From contig DUAO01000122.1 of NCBI GenBank assembly GCA_012960805.1, forward strand, positions 1-52,807: 52,807 bases of DNA, written 5' to 3'. The notes beneath the pieces are model-generated. The model had not been told where the DNA came from. It was given only the letters and a program-made list of their open reading frames with translations, and ran no database searches. Origin of the DNA: Flavobacteriales bacterium (lineage in GTDB: Bacteria; Bacteroidota; Bacteroidia; Flavobacteriales; BACL11). The number at the start of each line of letters is the position of its first letter. The stretch's first letter is position 1. This document shows, in pieces, positions 9,591 through 19,995 of this stretch. Both the position numbers and the translations under genes were made by a program.

Positions 9591-10851
9591 ATCTCAGAAT
9601 TTGTAAGCGATACGAATCCAAGTTTAAGAAAATAAATAGCAGAATAGTAAACCCTAGTAGAGAAGAACCTCCGTAACTAATAAAAGGCAATGGAATGCCA
9701 ATCACAGGTAAAAGACCAATGGTCATCCCTATATTAATTGCAAAATGCATAAAGAGAATAGCAGCTACACTATAGCCGTAAATTCTACTGAAGTTTGATC
9801 TTTGTCGTTCTGCTAAAAAGAGTATTCTAAGCAATAAGCCAACAAATAAGATTATAAAGAGAAAACTGCCAAAAAACCCCCATTCCTCCCCAATAGTACA
9901 AAAAATAAAATCGGTACTTTGTTCAGGCACAAAATCAAATCGGGTTTGCGTTCCATTTAAAAATCCCTTGCCACCAAAGCCACCTGAACCAATCGCAATT
10001 TTTGATTGAATTAAATTATAGCCCGCTCCATGAGGATCAAACTCTTTACCTAATAAAATATCTATTCTTTTTCTTTGGTGAGGAGCTAATACATCATTAA
10101 AAATATAATCAACACTAAAAATGAAAGTAGTACAACTGATTAGTATGCCTAAGATGAGTAATAGCTCTTTCTTCTTTCTTCTAGATAGCAAATAAATAAG
10201 AAGTGCAATAGCGGCAAGAACACTAATAAGTATTGTTTTTTCAATCACTAAGGTAAGAAAAAATAATATAGCTATTATTATTCCAAATATTAAGATGTTT
10301 CCAGAAAGTCCTTCACGATACAATACCAAAATAAAAGCGGCATATACTAATGCTGTTCCCAAATCATTTTGTAAAATAATGAGTAGAAAGGGAAGTATGA
10401 TAATGGCATAAGTTTTGAGCTTGTCCTGTAATGAAATACGCTTAACACGCAGAGTGTTATAGTATTTGGCAAGAGCAAGTGCTGTTGTAAATTTTGCAAA
10501 TTCGGAAGGTTGAAATTTGAAGCTCCCTAATTCAAACCAAGAAGTAGCCCCTCCTGTTATGCCACCTTTGAAGAGTACGCCAATTAAAAGTAAAATTATT
10601 GTTAGATAAAAGAGATAGGAAAGAGAATAGAAAAATTTCCAATCAATGATTAAAATTAAAAATGCAACAAAGGAAGCAATACCAATAAATAGGAGTTGTT
10701 TTCCGTATCTAGTGCTAAAATCAAGCATCATTACGGTGTCTTCATTGTATTGTGAAGCGTAAATATTTACCCAGCCAAATAGCATCAGTATAGCGTAAAG
10801 TAAGATGCTTACTTTGTCAATATTTGAGAAAATATTTTTTGCAGCTCTCAT
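9589..10851 (-). CDS. rodA: Rod shape-determining protein RodA (SEDS family)
   Basis: Polytopic membrane protein ending ...PLPFISYGGSSLL, the FtsW/RodA signature. It lies immediately downstream of mrdA with a 4-nt overlap. Confidence 0.9.
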   Translation of the reverse strand: MRAAKNIFSNIDKVSILLYAILMLFGWVNIYASQYNEDTVMMLDFSTRYGKQLLFIGIASFVAFLILIIDWKFFYSLSYLFYLTIILLLIGVLFKGGITGGATSWFELGSFKFQPSEFAKFTTALALAKYYNTLRVKRISLQDKLKTYAIIILPFLLIILQNDLGTALVYAAFILVLYREGLSGNILIFGIIIAILFFLTLVIEKTILISVLAAIALLIYLLSRRKKKELLLILGILISCTTFIFSVDYIFNDVLAPHQRKRIDILLGKEFDPHGAGYNLIQSKIAIGSGGFGGKGFLNGTQTRFDFVPEQSTDFIFCTIGEEWGFFGSFLFIILFVGLLLRILFLAERQRSNFSRIYGYSVAAILFMHFAINIGMTIGLLPVIGIPLPFISYGGSSLLGFTILLFIFLNLDSYRLQILR

Positions 10852-12668
10852 TCTTTTTTAGTCAGATTCCCATTTAATATAAAAGCTTCTTGTTCCTTAT
10901 TAGTTATTTCTTTCTTTAAGTATTTTTCTATCATTAAGGATGCAATAGGAGCCGCCCAAGTAGAGCCCCATCCTCCATTTTCAACATAAACAGCAATAGC
11001 AATTTTAGGGTTGTCTTTAGGGGAAAAAGCAATAAAAATAGAATGATCTTCTCCATGTGGATTTTGAGCAGTACCTGTTTTTCCACAAATTTCATAGTCA
11101 GGAATTTTGCAGTTTTTTGCAGTCCCTTCTGTACCATTAACTACATTGTTCATCCCATCAATTATTGGGCTAAAATATTTTCTCTCAATACTGCAATATT
11201 TTTTTATTGTAAAGTTGCTGTCAATTGCAATCCCTCCTGAAATATTTTTGATTATATGAGGAGTGTAGTAATAACCCCTATTGGCTAATATGGCTGTCAT
11301 GTTTGCCATTTGTATTGGAGTGAGTAGTAGCTCTCCCTGCCCAATTGCCATGGATATAATAGTGTTTGCATTCCAACTTCCTCTATAAAGTGTATTAAAA
11401 TACGTTGATTTTGGTAATTTTCCTGGACTTCCGGTAATAAAATCGTTATGCATAAAATTACCTATTCCGAAACTTGAAACATGACTATACCAATTATCAT
11501 AAGCCTGCATGGAGGAGTTAAAACTTTTAAAATATTTTTCATATATACTGCAGAAATAAGAATTACATGAAATTTCAATTCCAGTTATTAAATTTACAGG
11601 AGATTTATGAGAGTGACAATTTACTTTTTTGTCATTTCCATAATTATAACCATCATTGCACTGAAAATGTGTGCTTTTTAGTATTGCGCCTTCCTGCAAG
11701 GCAATGAGCCCATTTATTAATTTAAAGATAGACCCTGGAGGGTAAGTTCCCTGTAAAGCTCTATTGAATAAGGGTTTGCTTGCGTCTTGCGATAGCATGT
11801 TATAGTTTTCTGATCGTTTCCTTCCAATTAATAAATTAGGATTGTAAGTTGGAGAAGAAACTAAGGATAGAATTTCCCCAGAGGAAGGTTCAATAGCTAC
11901 AATAGCACCAATTTTATTTTGCATAAGCCTCTCGCCATATTCTTGCAATTTAATATCTATTGTTAAGGTTAAGGTATTGCCTGCAATAGGTAAGGTGTCA
12001 AATCTTCCTTCTTGAAATTTCCCTTGATCTCTATTATGTACATCTACTAATTTTATAGCCATGCCTTTAGTCCCTCTAAGTTGTTTTTCATAAGCGGCTT
12101 CAACTCCACTTACTCCTGACAAATCCCCTTTAGTGTAGTAATGATCCTCCTTAGTTTTTTGCAAATTAACTTCCCCCAAATACCCAATTAAGTGTGTTGC
12201 TATATTTGACGGATAATCTCTCATACTGAGTTTGCGCAAGTAAAATCCAGGAAACTGAAATAGTTTTTCGGAAAGTGTGCTCGAGTTTTCTAAACTAATA
12301 TGCTTGATAAACACACTCTCCTTGTATCCTGAATATTCAGCTGCTTTTTTATATTTAGTGAAGAATTCTTTTTTACTAATATCGGTAAGATTACAAAAGG
12401 CCAGGGTGTCCATATTCTTTCCCTTTAGTTCTCTTGGGAGTATCATTAAGTCATAAGCAGGCACATTAGCAACAATCAAATTGCTGTCTCTGTCATAAAT
12501 TAATCCTCTGACAGCCTGCTGTACTTCATAGCGCAGTACATTATTGTTGGCCGAGAATTTATAATTATCATTTATTACTTGAATGTAGAAAAGTTTGGTG
12601 ATGAAAATAATTACAATTAACAGCAATATACCAACAATAACTTTATGCCTGTTTTCATGATGTTTCAT
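10848..12668 (-). CDS. mrdA: Penicillin-binding protein 2 (elongasome transpeptidase)
   Basis: SxxK (GSIFK), SxN (SCN) and KTG (GKTGTAQ) motifs in the correct order, with an N-terminal TM anchor. It sits within the mre cluster. Confidence 0.9.
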   Translation of the reverse strand: MKHHENRHKVIVGILLLIVIIFITKLFYIQVINDNYKFSANNNVLRYEVQQAVRGLIYDRDSNLIVANVPAYDLMILPRELKGKNMDTLAFCNLTDISKKEFFTKYKKAAEYSGYKESVFIKHISLENSSTLSEKLFQFPGFYLRKLSMRDYPSNIATHLIGYLGEVNLQKTKEDHYYTKGDLSGVSGVEAAYEKQLRGTKGMAIKLVDVHNRDQGKFQEGRFDTLPIAGNTLTLTIDIKLQEYGERLMQNKIGAIVAIEPSSGEILSLVSSPTYNPNLLIGRKRSENYNMLSQDASKPLFNRALQGTYPPGSIFKLINGLIALQEGAILKSTHFQCNDGYNYGNDKKVNCHSHKSPVNLITGIEISCNSYFCSIYEKYFKSFNSSMQAYDNWYSHVSSFGIGNFMHNDFITGSPGKLPKSTYFNTLYRGSWNANTIISMAIGQGELLLTPIQMANMTAILANRGYYYTPHIIKNISGGIAIDSNFTIKKYCSIERKYFSPIIDGMNNVVNGTEGTAKNCKIPDYEICGKTGTAQNPHGEDHSIFIAFSPKDNPKIAIAVYVENGGWGSTWAAPIASLMIEKYLKKEITNKEQEAFILNGNLTKKE

Positions 12669-13168
12669 TATTTATCTTGCTGAAATAATTGGGTAATAAG
12701 TACAATGATAAGGGTGACTAATGAGCTAGCTATAATTTTACCAAATAGCGCAAGGTTTACGCTTAGATGTTCAGTAATAAACAAGCAACTATTATGTATG
12801 AAAATTAAAAATAAGGAAAAAGTAATGAAAGCCTTATTGCCTACTTTTTTAAGTGTAATTTCATCAGTCTCTCCCAGTATATTGTAGGGGATAGTAATTT
12901 TGCTGATAAATGGTTTTATAAAAGCAATAAATATAGTTGCGGTGGAATGAAACCCTAAACTTCCTGAAAAAAGATCAATGGAAAATCCTAATAGAAAGGC
13001 ATAAATTAATAAAAACCATTTTGGTGTTTTTAAGGGTAAACTAATAATAAGTATTACGTATAAAAACGGATTGATATAAGCGGAGAAAAGAACTTTATTT
13101 AGTACTACTACTTGAAGTAGTACATACAAAGGAAGTAGCCCTAGATATTTTATAAAATGCTTATTCAT
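12668..13168 (-). CDS. mreD: Rod shape-determining protein MreD
   Basis: 166-aa multi-TM protein located between mreC and mrdA. Confidence 0.75.
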   Translation of the reverse strand: MNKHFIKYLGLLPLYVLLQVVVLNKVLFSAYINPFLYVILIISLPLKTPKWFLLIYAFLLGFSIDLFSGSLGFHSTATIFIAFIKPFISKITIPYNILGETDEITLKKVGNKAFITFSLFLIFIHNSCLFITEHLSVNLALFGKIIASSLVTLIIVLITQLFQQDK

Positions 13169-13976
13169 CTGCCGGTATTTTTTGTTCTAACTTTAGCTGT
13201 TCAGCAGCCTCATCAGAGTGAATGATGTATACATAAGTAAGCTGATTAAAATCTTCAAATAGACTGACGCTAACATTAAAAAACCCATCATCTGCATTTT
13301 TTCGTATATTTTTTATGGTACCAATAGGCACTCCTTCAGGGAAAATAACGCTATGACTATTAGTAGTTATTGTATCGCCAATAACAATAGAAATATGATT
13401 TGGAAAATCATTAATAGTAGCTGATTTGTAATCAAATCCATTCCATTTTAGTATTCCATTATGGTTGTTCTTTTTTAGACGAATACCAATAGCTGATTTT
13501 CGGTGAAGTAAAGAAATAGCAATAGCGTATTGTTGACTTACAGCATAAATAATTCCTATAACTCCTTGCTTTGTAATAACTCCCATTCCCTCTTTAATTC
13601 CGTATTTGCTTCCTTTATTTAGCGTAATAAAGTTGTTTCGCTTACTTACAGAAGTATTAATTATTTTGGCAGAGTAGTAATGATAGCGTTTATTTTTTAT
13701 AAGTGTAGAGTCAGCAAATGCATTTTCATTTTTTAGCAAAGTATGCAGTTTTGCATTTTCTTCAATTAAATAATTATTAGTTTCTTTTAGGGATACATAA
13801 TCAGAAAATGAAGCCATATAATTATAAATAAAGCTTGTATATTGCGTGCTGTATTTAATCGCTTTATTAGCCTGGTAGCTATTGTTTTCCAGCAATAAAA
13901 AGACAGAAAACCCTTCTATTAGTAGAAATAATAATAGAAATTGATTGATTTTAATAAACCGTAATAGGTTGTACAT
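13161..13976 (-). CDS. mreC: Rod shape-determining protein MreC
   Basis: N-terminal TM segment, a coiled-coil region, then beta-barrel motifs (GMGVITKQGVIGII; VIFPEGVPIGTI). It lies downstream of mreB. Confidence 0.85.
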   Translation of the reverse strand: MYNLLRFIKINQFLLLFLLIEGFSVFLLLENNSYQANKAIKYSTQYTSFIYNYMASFSDYVSLKETNNYLIEENAKLHTLLKNENAFADSTLIKNKRYHYYSAKIINTSVSKRNNFITLNKGSKYGIKEGMGVITKQGVIGIIYAVSQQYAIAISLLHRKSAIGIRLKKNNHNGILKWNGFDYKSATINDFPNHISIVIGDTITTNSHSVIFPEGVPIGTIKNIRKNADDGFFNVSVSLFEDFNQLTYVYIIHSDEAAEQLKLEQKIPADE

Positions 13977-13990
13977 TTCTTTCTTATCGA

Positions 13991-15013
13991 CTATTGAATT
14001 AGAAAAGTATAGCTTTCAATCTTTTTTAGAGCAATTCCAGTGCCTCTAGCTACAGCTCTTAATGGATCTTCTGCTACGTATACTGGTAGATCTGTTTTTC
14101 TTGAAATTCTTTTGTCTAATCCTCTTAGCATTGAGCCGCCGCCAGTTAAGTATAGTCCTTCATTGTAAATGTCCGCAGATAATGCAGGAGGGGTGTTGAA
14201 TAAAGCACTCATAACCGCTTCCTCAATCATCTCAATTGAATTATTAAGTGCTCCTGCAATTTCTTTATAAGTTACAATTACTTCTTTTGGTTTACCACTC
14301 ATTAAATCTCTACCATGTACTGGGTAATTTGCAGGAGGTTCTTCTAATTCTGTTAGAGCCGAACCTACATTTATTTTTGTTTGTTCGGCCATAATGTCGC
14401 CTATTGCAATATTATGCCTAGTTTTCATGTAGTTTTTAATGTTATCTGTAAATTCATCACCAGCAACTCGGATAGACTTATCACAAACAATTCCTCCTAA
14501 TGAAATAACTGCAATTTCGGTAGTTCCTCCTCCAATATCAATTACCATATTCCCCTTTGGTTCCAATACATCAATTCCAATACCAATTGCAGCTGCCATA
14601 GGTTCATGTATTAACCACACATCTTTTGCTCCAGCATGTTCGGCTGAATCAATTACTGCTCTTTTTTCAACCTCAGTTACTCCTGACGGAATACAGATTA
14701 CCATTTTTAAGGCAGGAGAGAAAATAGATTTCTTTTTTGGAATCATGGCAATAAATCCTCTTATCATTTGCTCAGAAGATTGAAAGTCAGCAATCACACC
14801 ATCCTTTAGCGGTCGCAAAGTCTCTATTTCTTTGTGAGTTTTTCCGTGCATTTGTTGAGCTCTTTTGCCTATAGCAACAATTTCGCCTGTCCTTATGTTT
14901 TTTGCAACAATTGAGGGTTCGTCCACAACAACTTGGTCGTTATAAATAATTAGTGTATTTGCAGTTCCTAAATCAATAGCAATTGATTCTTGCATAAAGT
15001 CAAACCATCCCAT
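13991..15013 (-). CDS. mreB: Rod shape-determining actin homologue MreB
   Basis: Motifs IAIDLGTANT, VIDIGGGTTEIAV and LTGGGSMLRGLD. Length is 340 aa. Confidence 0.95.
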   Translation of the reverse strand: MGWFDFMQESIAIDLGTANTLIIYNDQVVVDEPSIVAKNIRTGEIVAIGKRAQQMHGKTHKEIETLRPLKDGVIADFQSSEQMIRGFIAMIPKKKSIFSPALKMVICIPSGVTEVEKRAVIDSAEHAGAKDVWLIHEPMAAAIGIGIDVLEPKGNMVIDIGGGTTEIAVISLGGIVCDKSIRVAGDEFTDNIKNYMKTRHNIAIGDIMAEQTKINVGSALTELEEPPANYPVHGRDLMSGKPKEVIVTYKEIAGALNNSIEMIEEAVMSALFNTPPALSADIYNEGLYLTGGGSMLRGLDKRISRKTDLPVYVAEDPLRAVARGTGIALKKIESYTFLIQ

Positions 15014-15025
15014 AATTTTTATTTT

Positions 15026-16549
15026 TTAGTGTTTAAAATGTCTTGTTCCTGTTAGTACCATTGTCATATTGTGTTCATTGCAATAATCAATAGATAATTT
15101 GTCTTTTATCGATCCTCCTGGTTGTATCACGGCTTTTATTCCCGCATTGTTCGCCAATTCTACGCAATCAGGAAAAGGAAAAAAAGCATCAGAAGCCATT
15201 ACACAACCGTTCAAATGAAAGCCAAAATTATTAGCTTTATTTACAGCTTGTTTTAAGGCGTCTACTCTTGATGTCTGTCCTACTCCACTAGCAAATAATT
15301 GCTTCCCTTTTGCAAATACAATTGTATTTGATTTGGTGTGTTTACATACTTTTGACGCAAATACAAGATCAGTTAATTGAGCTTCAGTTGGCGCAAGATC
15401 AGTGGCGGTAATCATATTGTTTTCTGCATCTGTTTTCAAATCTTTATCTTGATGTAGCACGCCATTCAGTACTGTACGGAATTGAGTTTTAGGCAGGGGA
15501 ACTTCATTTTGTTGTAAAAGTATTCTGTTCTTTTTCCCTTTTAAAAGTTCCAATGCATCAGATGCAAATGAAGGTGCAATTAGTACTTCATAAAATAGTT
15601 TGTTTATTTCTTTAGCAGTTGCTAAATCTACTTCTTTGTTGGTGATAAGTACTCCTCCAAAAGCTGAAGTAGGATCGCCCGCCAAAGCATCCTTCCAGGC
15701 ATCAATTAATTTAGGACGACTTGCTAATCCACAAGCATTATTATGTTTCAATACTACAAAAGTAGTTTCGTTAAATTCTGAAATTAAATTAACGGCTGAA
15801 TCAACATCCAATAGATTGTTGTAAGAAAGTTCTTTGCCATTTAATTGCTCAAACATCTCATTTAAGTTACCATAAAAAGTTCCTTTTTGATGAGGATTCT
15901 CTCCATATCTTAAGGTTTTATTTTCTCTTATACTTTGCTTAAACACAGGGGGATTACCTTCATTAAAATAATTAAAAATTGCAGTATCATAATGCGAAGA
16001 AACATTGAATGCTGTTGCTGCAAAGTTTTTTCTTTCTGTTATATTGGTGCTTGCTCCATTGGTATTTAATATCTCTAAAGTTTGAGCATATTGACTCATT
16101 TCCGAAACGATTAACACATCTTTAAAATTCTTCGCTGCAGCACGGATTAATGAGATTCCGCCTATATCAATTTTTTCAATAATATCTTCTTCATCAGCTC
16201 CTGAAGCTACTGCTTTCTCGAAAGGATAGAGATCAACAACTACCACATCAAATTCAGGAATATTGTATTGCTGCAATTGTTCTTTATCGCTCGATAATTC
16301 TCTTCTAGATAAAATTCCTCCGAACACATTTGGATGCAAAGTTTTTACTCGCCCACCTAAAATGGATGGGTAAGACGTAAGATCTTCCACACGATTAACA
16401 GCAATTCCCTGCTCTTCTATAAAAGATTGCGTCCCTCCAGTAGAATATAAAACAACCCCTAATTCATCCAGCTTTTTTATAATTGGCGCTAATCCATCTT
16501 TATGGAATACGGAAATTAGGGCGTTTTTAATGACTCGTTGCTCTGACAT
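15026..16549 (-). CDS. purH: Bifunctional AICAR formyltransferase / IMP cyclohydrolase
   Basis: ALISVFHKDG...STGGT...GGRVKTLHP (MGS-like domain) and a C-terminal AICARFT domain ending RHFKH. Length is 507 aa. Confidence 0.95.
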   Translation of the reverse strand: MSEQRVIKNALISVFHKDGLAPIIKKLDELGVVLYSTGGTQSFIEEQGIAVNRVEDLTSYPSILGGRVKTLHPNVFGGILSRRELSSDKEQLQQYNIPEFDVVVVDLYPFEKAVASGADEEDIIEKIDIGGISLIRAAAKNFKDVLIVSEMSQYAQTLEILNTNGASTNITERKNFAATAFNVSSHYDTAIFNYFNEGNPPVFKQSIRENKTLRYGENPHQKGTFYGNLNEMFEQLNGKELSYNNLLDVDSAVNLISEFNETTFVVLKHNNACGLASRPKLIDAWKDALAGDPTSAFGGVLITNKEVDLATAKEINKLFYEVLIAPSFASDALELLKGKKNRILLQQNEVPLPKTQFRTVLNGVLHQDKDLKTDAENNMITATDLAPTEAQLTDLVFASKVCKHTKSNTIVFAKGKQLFASGVGQTSRVDALKQAVNKANNFGFHLNGCVMASDAFFPFPDCVELANNAGIKAVIQPGGSIKDKLSIDYCNEHNMTMVLTGTRHFKH

Positions 16550-16668
16550 TTTAGTTTTTTAATACTAGCTACAATTTTACTCAAATCCTAGAGGATTTTT
16601 AAGGTGAAATACTAGTAAAAAAATAATTGTTGATAAGTTGTTTTTATTGTTGATTACTAATGAATTTT

Positions 16669-19600
16669 TTACTTTTCAATAATATCCTCACAGACGCTTA
16701 AAGCAGCCTCTATAGAATTGATGTTTTTAAAACGCATAGAGAGTTTTTCTTTATTTTCAATTATCTCGCAAGTTCCAAAATTAGGCTTTAAATATTCTAG
16801 TGCTTGCTGAAAGGCAACTGAGTTATAATAAGGGGAATCAGCTTGTGAAGGGAAGTAAGCTCGCATGCTATCATTTTTAAGAATGATGCGTTCAAAACCA
16901 ATTTTTTTAGCAAACCACCTTAATCGCAAGGCATCACATATATTGTAAATTGCAACAGGAACTTCACCAAACCTATCCTTTAGTCGGCTAATGAAAGCTT
17001 CAATTTCTGCCTCTGTAGTAAAGCTGTTTAATTCTTTGTAGAGGTTCAGTCGCTCGCTTATATTGTTTACATAAGTATCTGGAATAAGAATTTCTAAGTC
17101 TGTATCCAATTGACAGTCTTTTACATAGAATTTTTCCTTTTCATCATCAAATAAATCTTGGAATTTTTCTTGTTTCAATTCCTCTACAGCTTCATTTAAT
17201 ATTTTCTGATAAGTTTCAAAACCAATATCATTAATAAAGCCTGACTGGTCGGCACCTAATAAATCCCCTGCTCCTCTAATATCCAAGTCACGCATAGCAA
17301 TTTTAAAGCCACTGCCTAAAGTAGAGAATTGCTCAAGGGCAATTAATCGTTTCCTGCTTTCTTCCGAAAGAGTGTGTATGGCAGGGCTAATTAAATAACA
17401 AAATGCTTTTTTATTGGAACGCCCAACTCTTCCTCTCATTTGGTGCAAGTCACTCAAGCCAAAATTCTGAGCATTATTTATGAAGATAGTATTTGCATTT
17501 GGGATATCTACTCCATTTTCAATAATAGTGGTAGAAACTAAAACATCAAAATCTCCCTCCATAAAGTCAATCATGAGTTCCTCCAATTTTTTCCCATCCA
17601 TTTGCCCATGTCCAACTCGTATTTTGGCATCTGGACAAAGTCTTTGTAATAACCCAGCCACTTCTTTTATGTTTTCAATGCGGTTATGCACAAAAAATAT
17701 TTGTCCATTTCGTGACATTTCATAACTAATTGCATCACGAATTAGTTCTTGGTTTAGTCCTATAATTTGAGTTTCTACCGATTGTCTATTGGGAGGCGGA
17801 GTGTTAATTACAGATAAATCCCTTGCGCCCAACAAAGAGAATTGTAAAGTTCTGGGGATAGGTGTTGCGCTTAATGTTAAAGTGTCAATATTTTCTTTGA
17901 ACAATTTTAGTTTATCCTTAATGTTGACTCCAAATTTTTGTTCTTCATCAATTATCATCAATCCTAAATCTAAGAATTTCACATCTTTTCCTACTATTCT
18001 GTGGGTGCCAATTAAGATGTCAACTTTACCTTGAGCTACTTTTTCTAAAGTTTCCTTTTGTTGTTTTGGCGTTTTAAATCTGTTGATATAATCAACAGTA
18101 CAAGGTAGATGTTTTAATCTTTTCTTAAAGGTTTTAAAATGTTGTAGTGCTAAAATAGTGGTTGGTACTAAAATAGCAACTTGCTTGCTGTCGGCTACTG
18201 CTTTAAATGCTGCCCTGATGGCTATCTCGGTTTTACCAAAGCCAACATCTCCACAAATCAAACGGTCCATAGGCATTTCTTTTTCCATATCCTCTTTTAT
18301 GTCTATAGTTGCCTTACTTTGGTCGGGCGTATCTTCATACATGAAAGAGGCTTCTAATTCATGTTGTAAATAAGTATCAGGGCTGTACTGAAATCCTTTT
18401 TGAGATTTCCGTTTGGCATACAATTGGATTAGGTTAAAAGCAACCTGTTTTATTTTTACTTTTGTTTTTTGTTTAGTTGTTTTCCAAGCAGGAGAGCCTA
18501 ATTGATTGATCTTTGGCTGCATTCCTTCTTTTCCTGAAAATTTTGCAATTTTATGTAAGGAATGTATGCTGATGTAGAGGATATCACCTCCTTTATAAGT
18601 AAGTTTTATTACTTCTTGATATTTACCATTGTTTTCTATTCTATGCAAACCTTCAAAGCACCCAACACCATGGTCAATATGGGTAACAAAATCTCCAACT
18701 TGTAAAGTGGTAAGTTGTTTGATTGTTATGGCTTGCTTGTCAGTAAACTTAGTTTTTGATTTGAATTTATGGTGCCTGTCAAATATCTGATGATCAGTAT
18801 AAATAGCCTGTTTGTTGGTGTAGTCAATATATCCTTCATGTAAGGAAAAGAGCACGCATTTATAATTTAATTCCTGTTTACTATGTTCAAAAATTGCATT
18901 GAATCTTTCCTCTTGTTCGTCAGATGAACAGAGAATAATATTTTCTAATCCTTCTTTTGTGTTTTTGAGTAAATCTTCTTTCAATAAATCAAACTGTTTG
19001 TTTATTTTAGTGAGTGAAGTGGTATTTACTTCAATCTTTTTTTCTGCTAAAAAATAAGGGCTGTTATTGTTTTCAATTATTGAATATTTTCCCAATTCGG
19101 AAATAAATTTTTCAGCATTGCTAAATAAATGTTCTGGGCTTAGGTGTTGAGTTACATTTTCAACAACTTTAGCATATTGTTCTTCTGCTCGGGAAAAATA
19201 ATCGGCTAAAATTCCTTTGGTGTATTTTATATCTTTTGTCCAAATTACTGAATTTTTGGGTAAGTATTCCAATAAACTTACTTGCGTATTACTGCCTTTT
19301 TTTGCCTCAGTATTTGGAATAATGGCTATGTTGCTTTGTTTGTCAATTGATAGTTGACTATTGATGTCAAAGGTTCTGATGCTTTCAATTTCCGTGTCAA
19401 AAAATTCTATCCTAAACGGGTGTTCATCTGCATAAGAGTAAACATCTAAAATTCCTCCTCTTATGGAATATTGTCCGGCCTCAATTACAAAATCTACTGA
19501 CTCAAAATGTAAGTTTTGAAGAATTTCTTCTAGGCCATCTATCGCTACTTTATCACCAACTTTTAGGCTAATGGTGTGTTTTTTAAGTTCTTTTCGACTT

Positions 19601-19995
19601 ACTACTTTTTCCGATAAAGCTTCAGAATAAGTTATAATAATTGGGTTGCGCTTATTGTTTAGCTTGTTAAGTACTTCAGCTCTTAACAAGATATTTGCAT
19701 TATTTGTTTCTTCTAATTGGTACGATCTTCTGTAGGATGCTGGAAAAAAGAAAACCTCATTTTTAAGCAGATTTTCTATATCATTTACAAAATAGGAGGC
19801 AGCTTCTTTATCTCTGAAAATAAAAAGATGTGGAGTATTGCTATTGCGCACCACTGCACTTGCCGTAATGGCAAATGAAGAGCCAATTAATCCTGTAAGT
19901 TGAATTTTTATTTGCCCTTTTTCTAATGCTGATTGTATAGCATCAGTTTGTTTGGGCTCGCCAAAATAGCTTAATAATGGAGCTTGTTTCCCCAA
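16669..19995 (-). CDS. mfd: Transcription-repair coupling factor
   Basis: 1108 aa with a UvrB-homology N-terminus and a CarD/RID region (VGDFVTHIDHGVG). Helicase motifs are GDVGFGKTE, DEEQKFG and QMRGRVGRS. A TRG/D7 C-terminus is present. Confidence 0.95.
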   Translation of the reverse strand: MGKQAPLLSYFGEPKQTDAIQSALEKGQIKIQLTGLIGSSFAITASAVVRNSNTPHLFIFRDKEAASYFVNDIENLLKNEVFFFPASYRRSYQLEETNNANILLRAEVLNKLNNKRNPIIITYSEALSEKVVSRKELKKHTISLKVGDKVAIDGLEEILQNLHFESVDFVIEAGQYSIRGGILDVYSYADEHPFRIEFFDTEIESIRTFDINSQLSIDKQSNIAIIPNTEAKKGSNTQVSLLEYLPKNSVIWTKDIKYTKGILADYFSRAEEQYAKVVENVTQHLSPEHLFSNAEKFISELGKYSIIENNNSPYFLAEKKIEVNTTSLTKINKQFDLLKEDLLKNTKEGLENIILCSSDEQEERFNAIFEHSKQELNYKCVLFSLHEGYIDYTNKQAIYTDHQIFDRHHKFKSKTKFTDKQAITIKQLTTLQVGDFVTHIDHGVGCFEGLHRIENNGKYQEVIKLTYKGGDILYISIHSLHKIAKFSGKEGMQPKINQLGSPAWKTTKQKTKVKIKQVAFNLIQLYAKRKSQKGFQYSPDTYLQHELEASFMYEDTPDQSKATIDIKEDMEKEMPMDRLICGDVGFGKTEIAIRAAFKAVADSKQVAILVPTTILALQHFKTFKKRLKHLPCTVDYINRFKTPKQQKETLEKVAQGKVDILIGTHRIVGKDVKFLDLGLMIIDEEQKFGVNIKDKLKLFKENIDTLTLSATPIPRTLQFSLLGARDLSVINTPPPNRQSVETQIIGLNQELIRDAISYEMSRNGQIFFVHNRIENIKEVAGLLQRLCPDAKIRVGHGQMDGKKLEELMIDFMEGDFDVLVSTTIIENGVDIPNANTIFINNAQNFGLSDLHQMRGRVGRSNKKAFCYLISPAIHTLSEESRKRLIALEQFSTLGSGFKIAMRDLDIRGAGDLLGADQSGFINDIGFETYQKILNEAVEELKQEKFQDLFDDEKEKFYVKDCQLDTDLEILIPDTYVNNISERLNLYKELNSFTTEAEIEAFISRLKDRFGEVPVAIYNICDALRLRWFAKKIGFERIILKNDSMRAYFPSQADSPYYNSVAFQQALEYLKPNFGTCEIIENKEKLSMRFKNINSIEAALSVCEDIIEK

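Noticed and set aside
16583-16598. Hairpin aaatcc-taga-ggattt in the mfd/purH spacer as an mfd terminator.
   Set aside because: The stem is only 6 bp and AT-rich, and no T run follows it on the minus strand. It is too weak to call.
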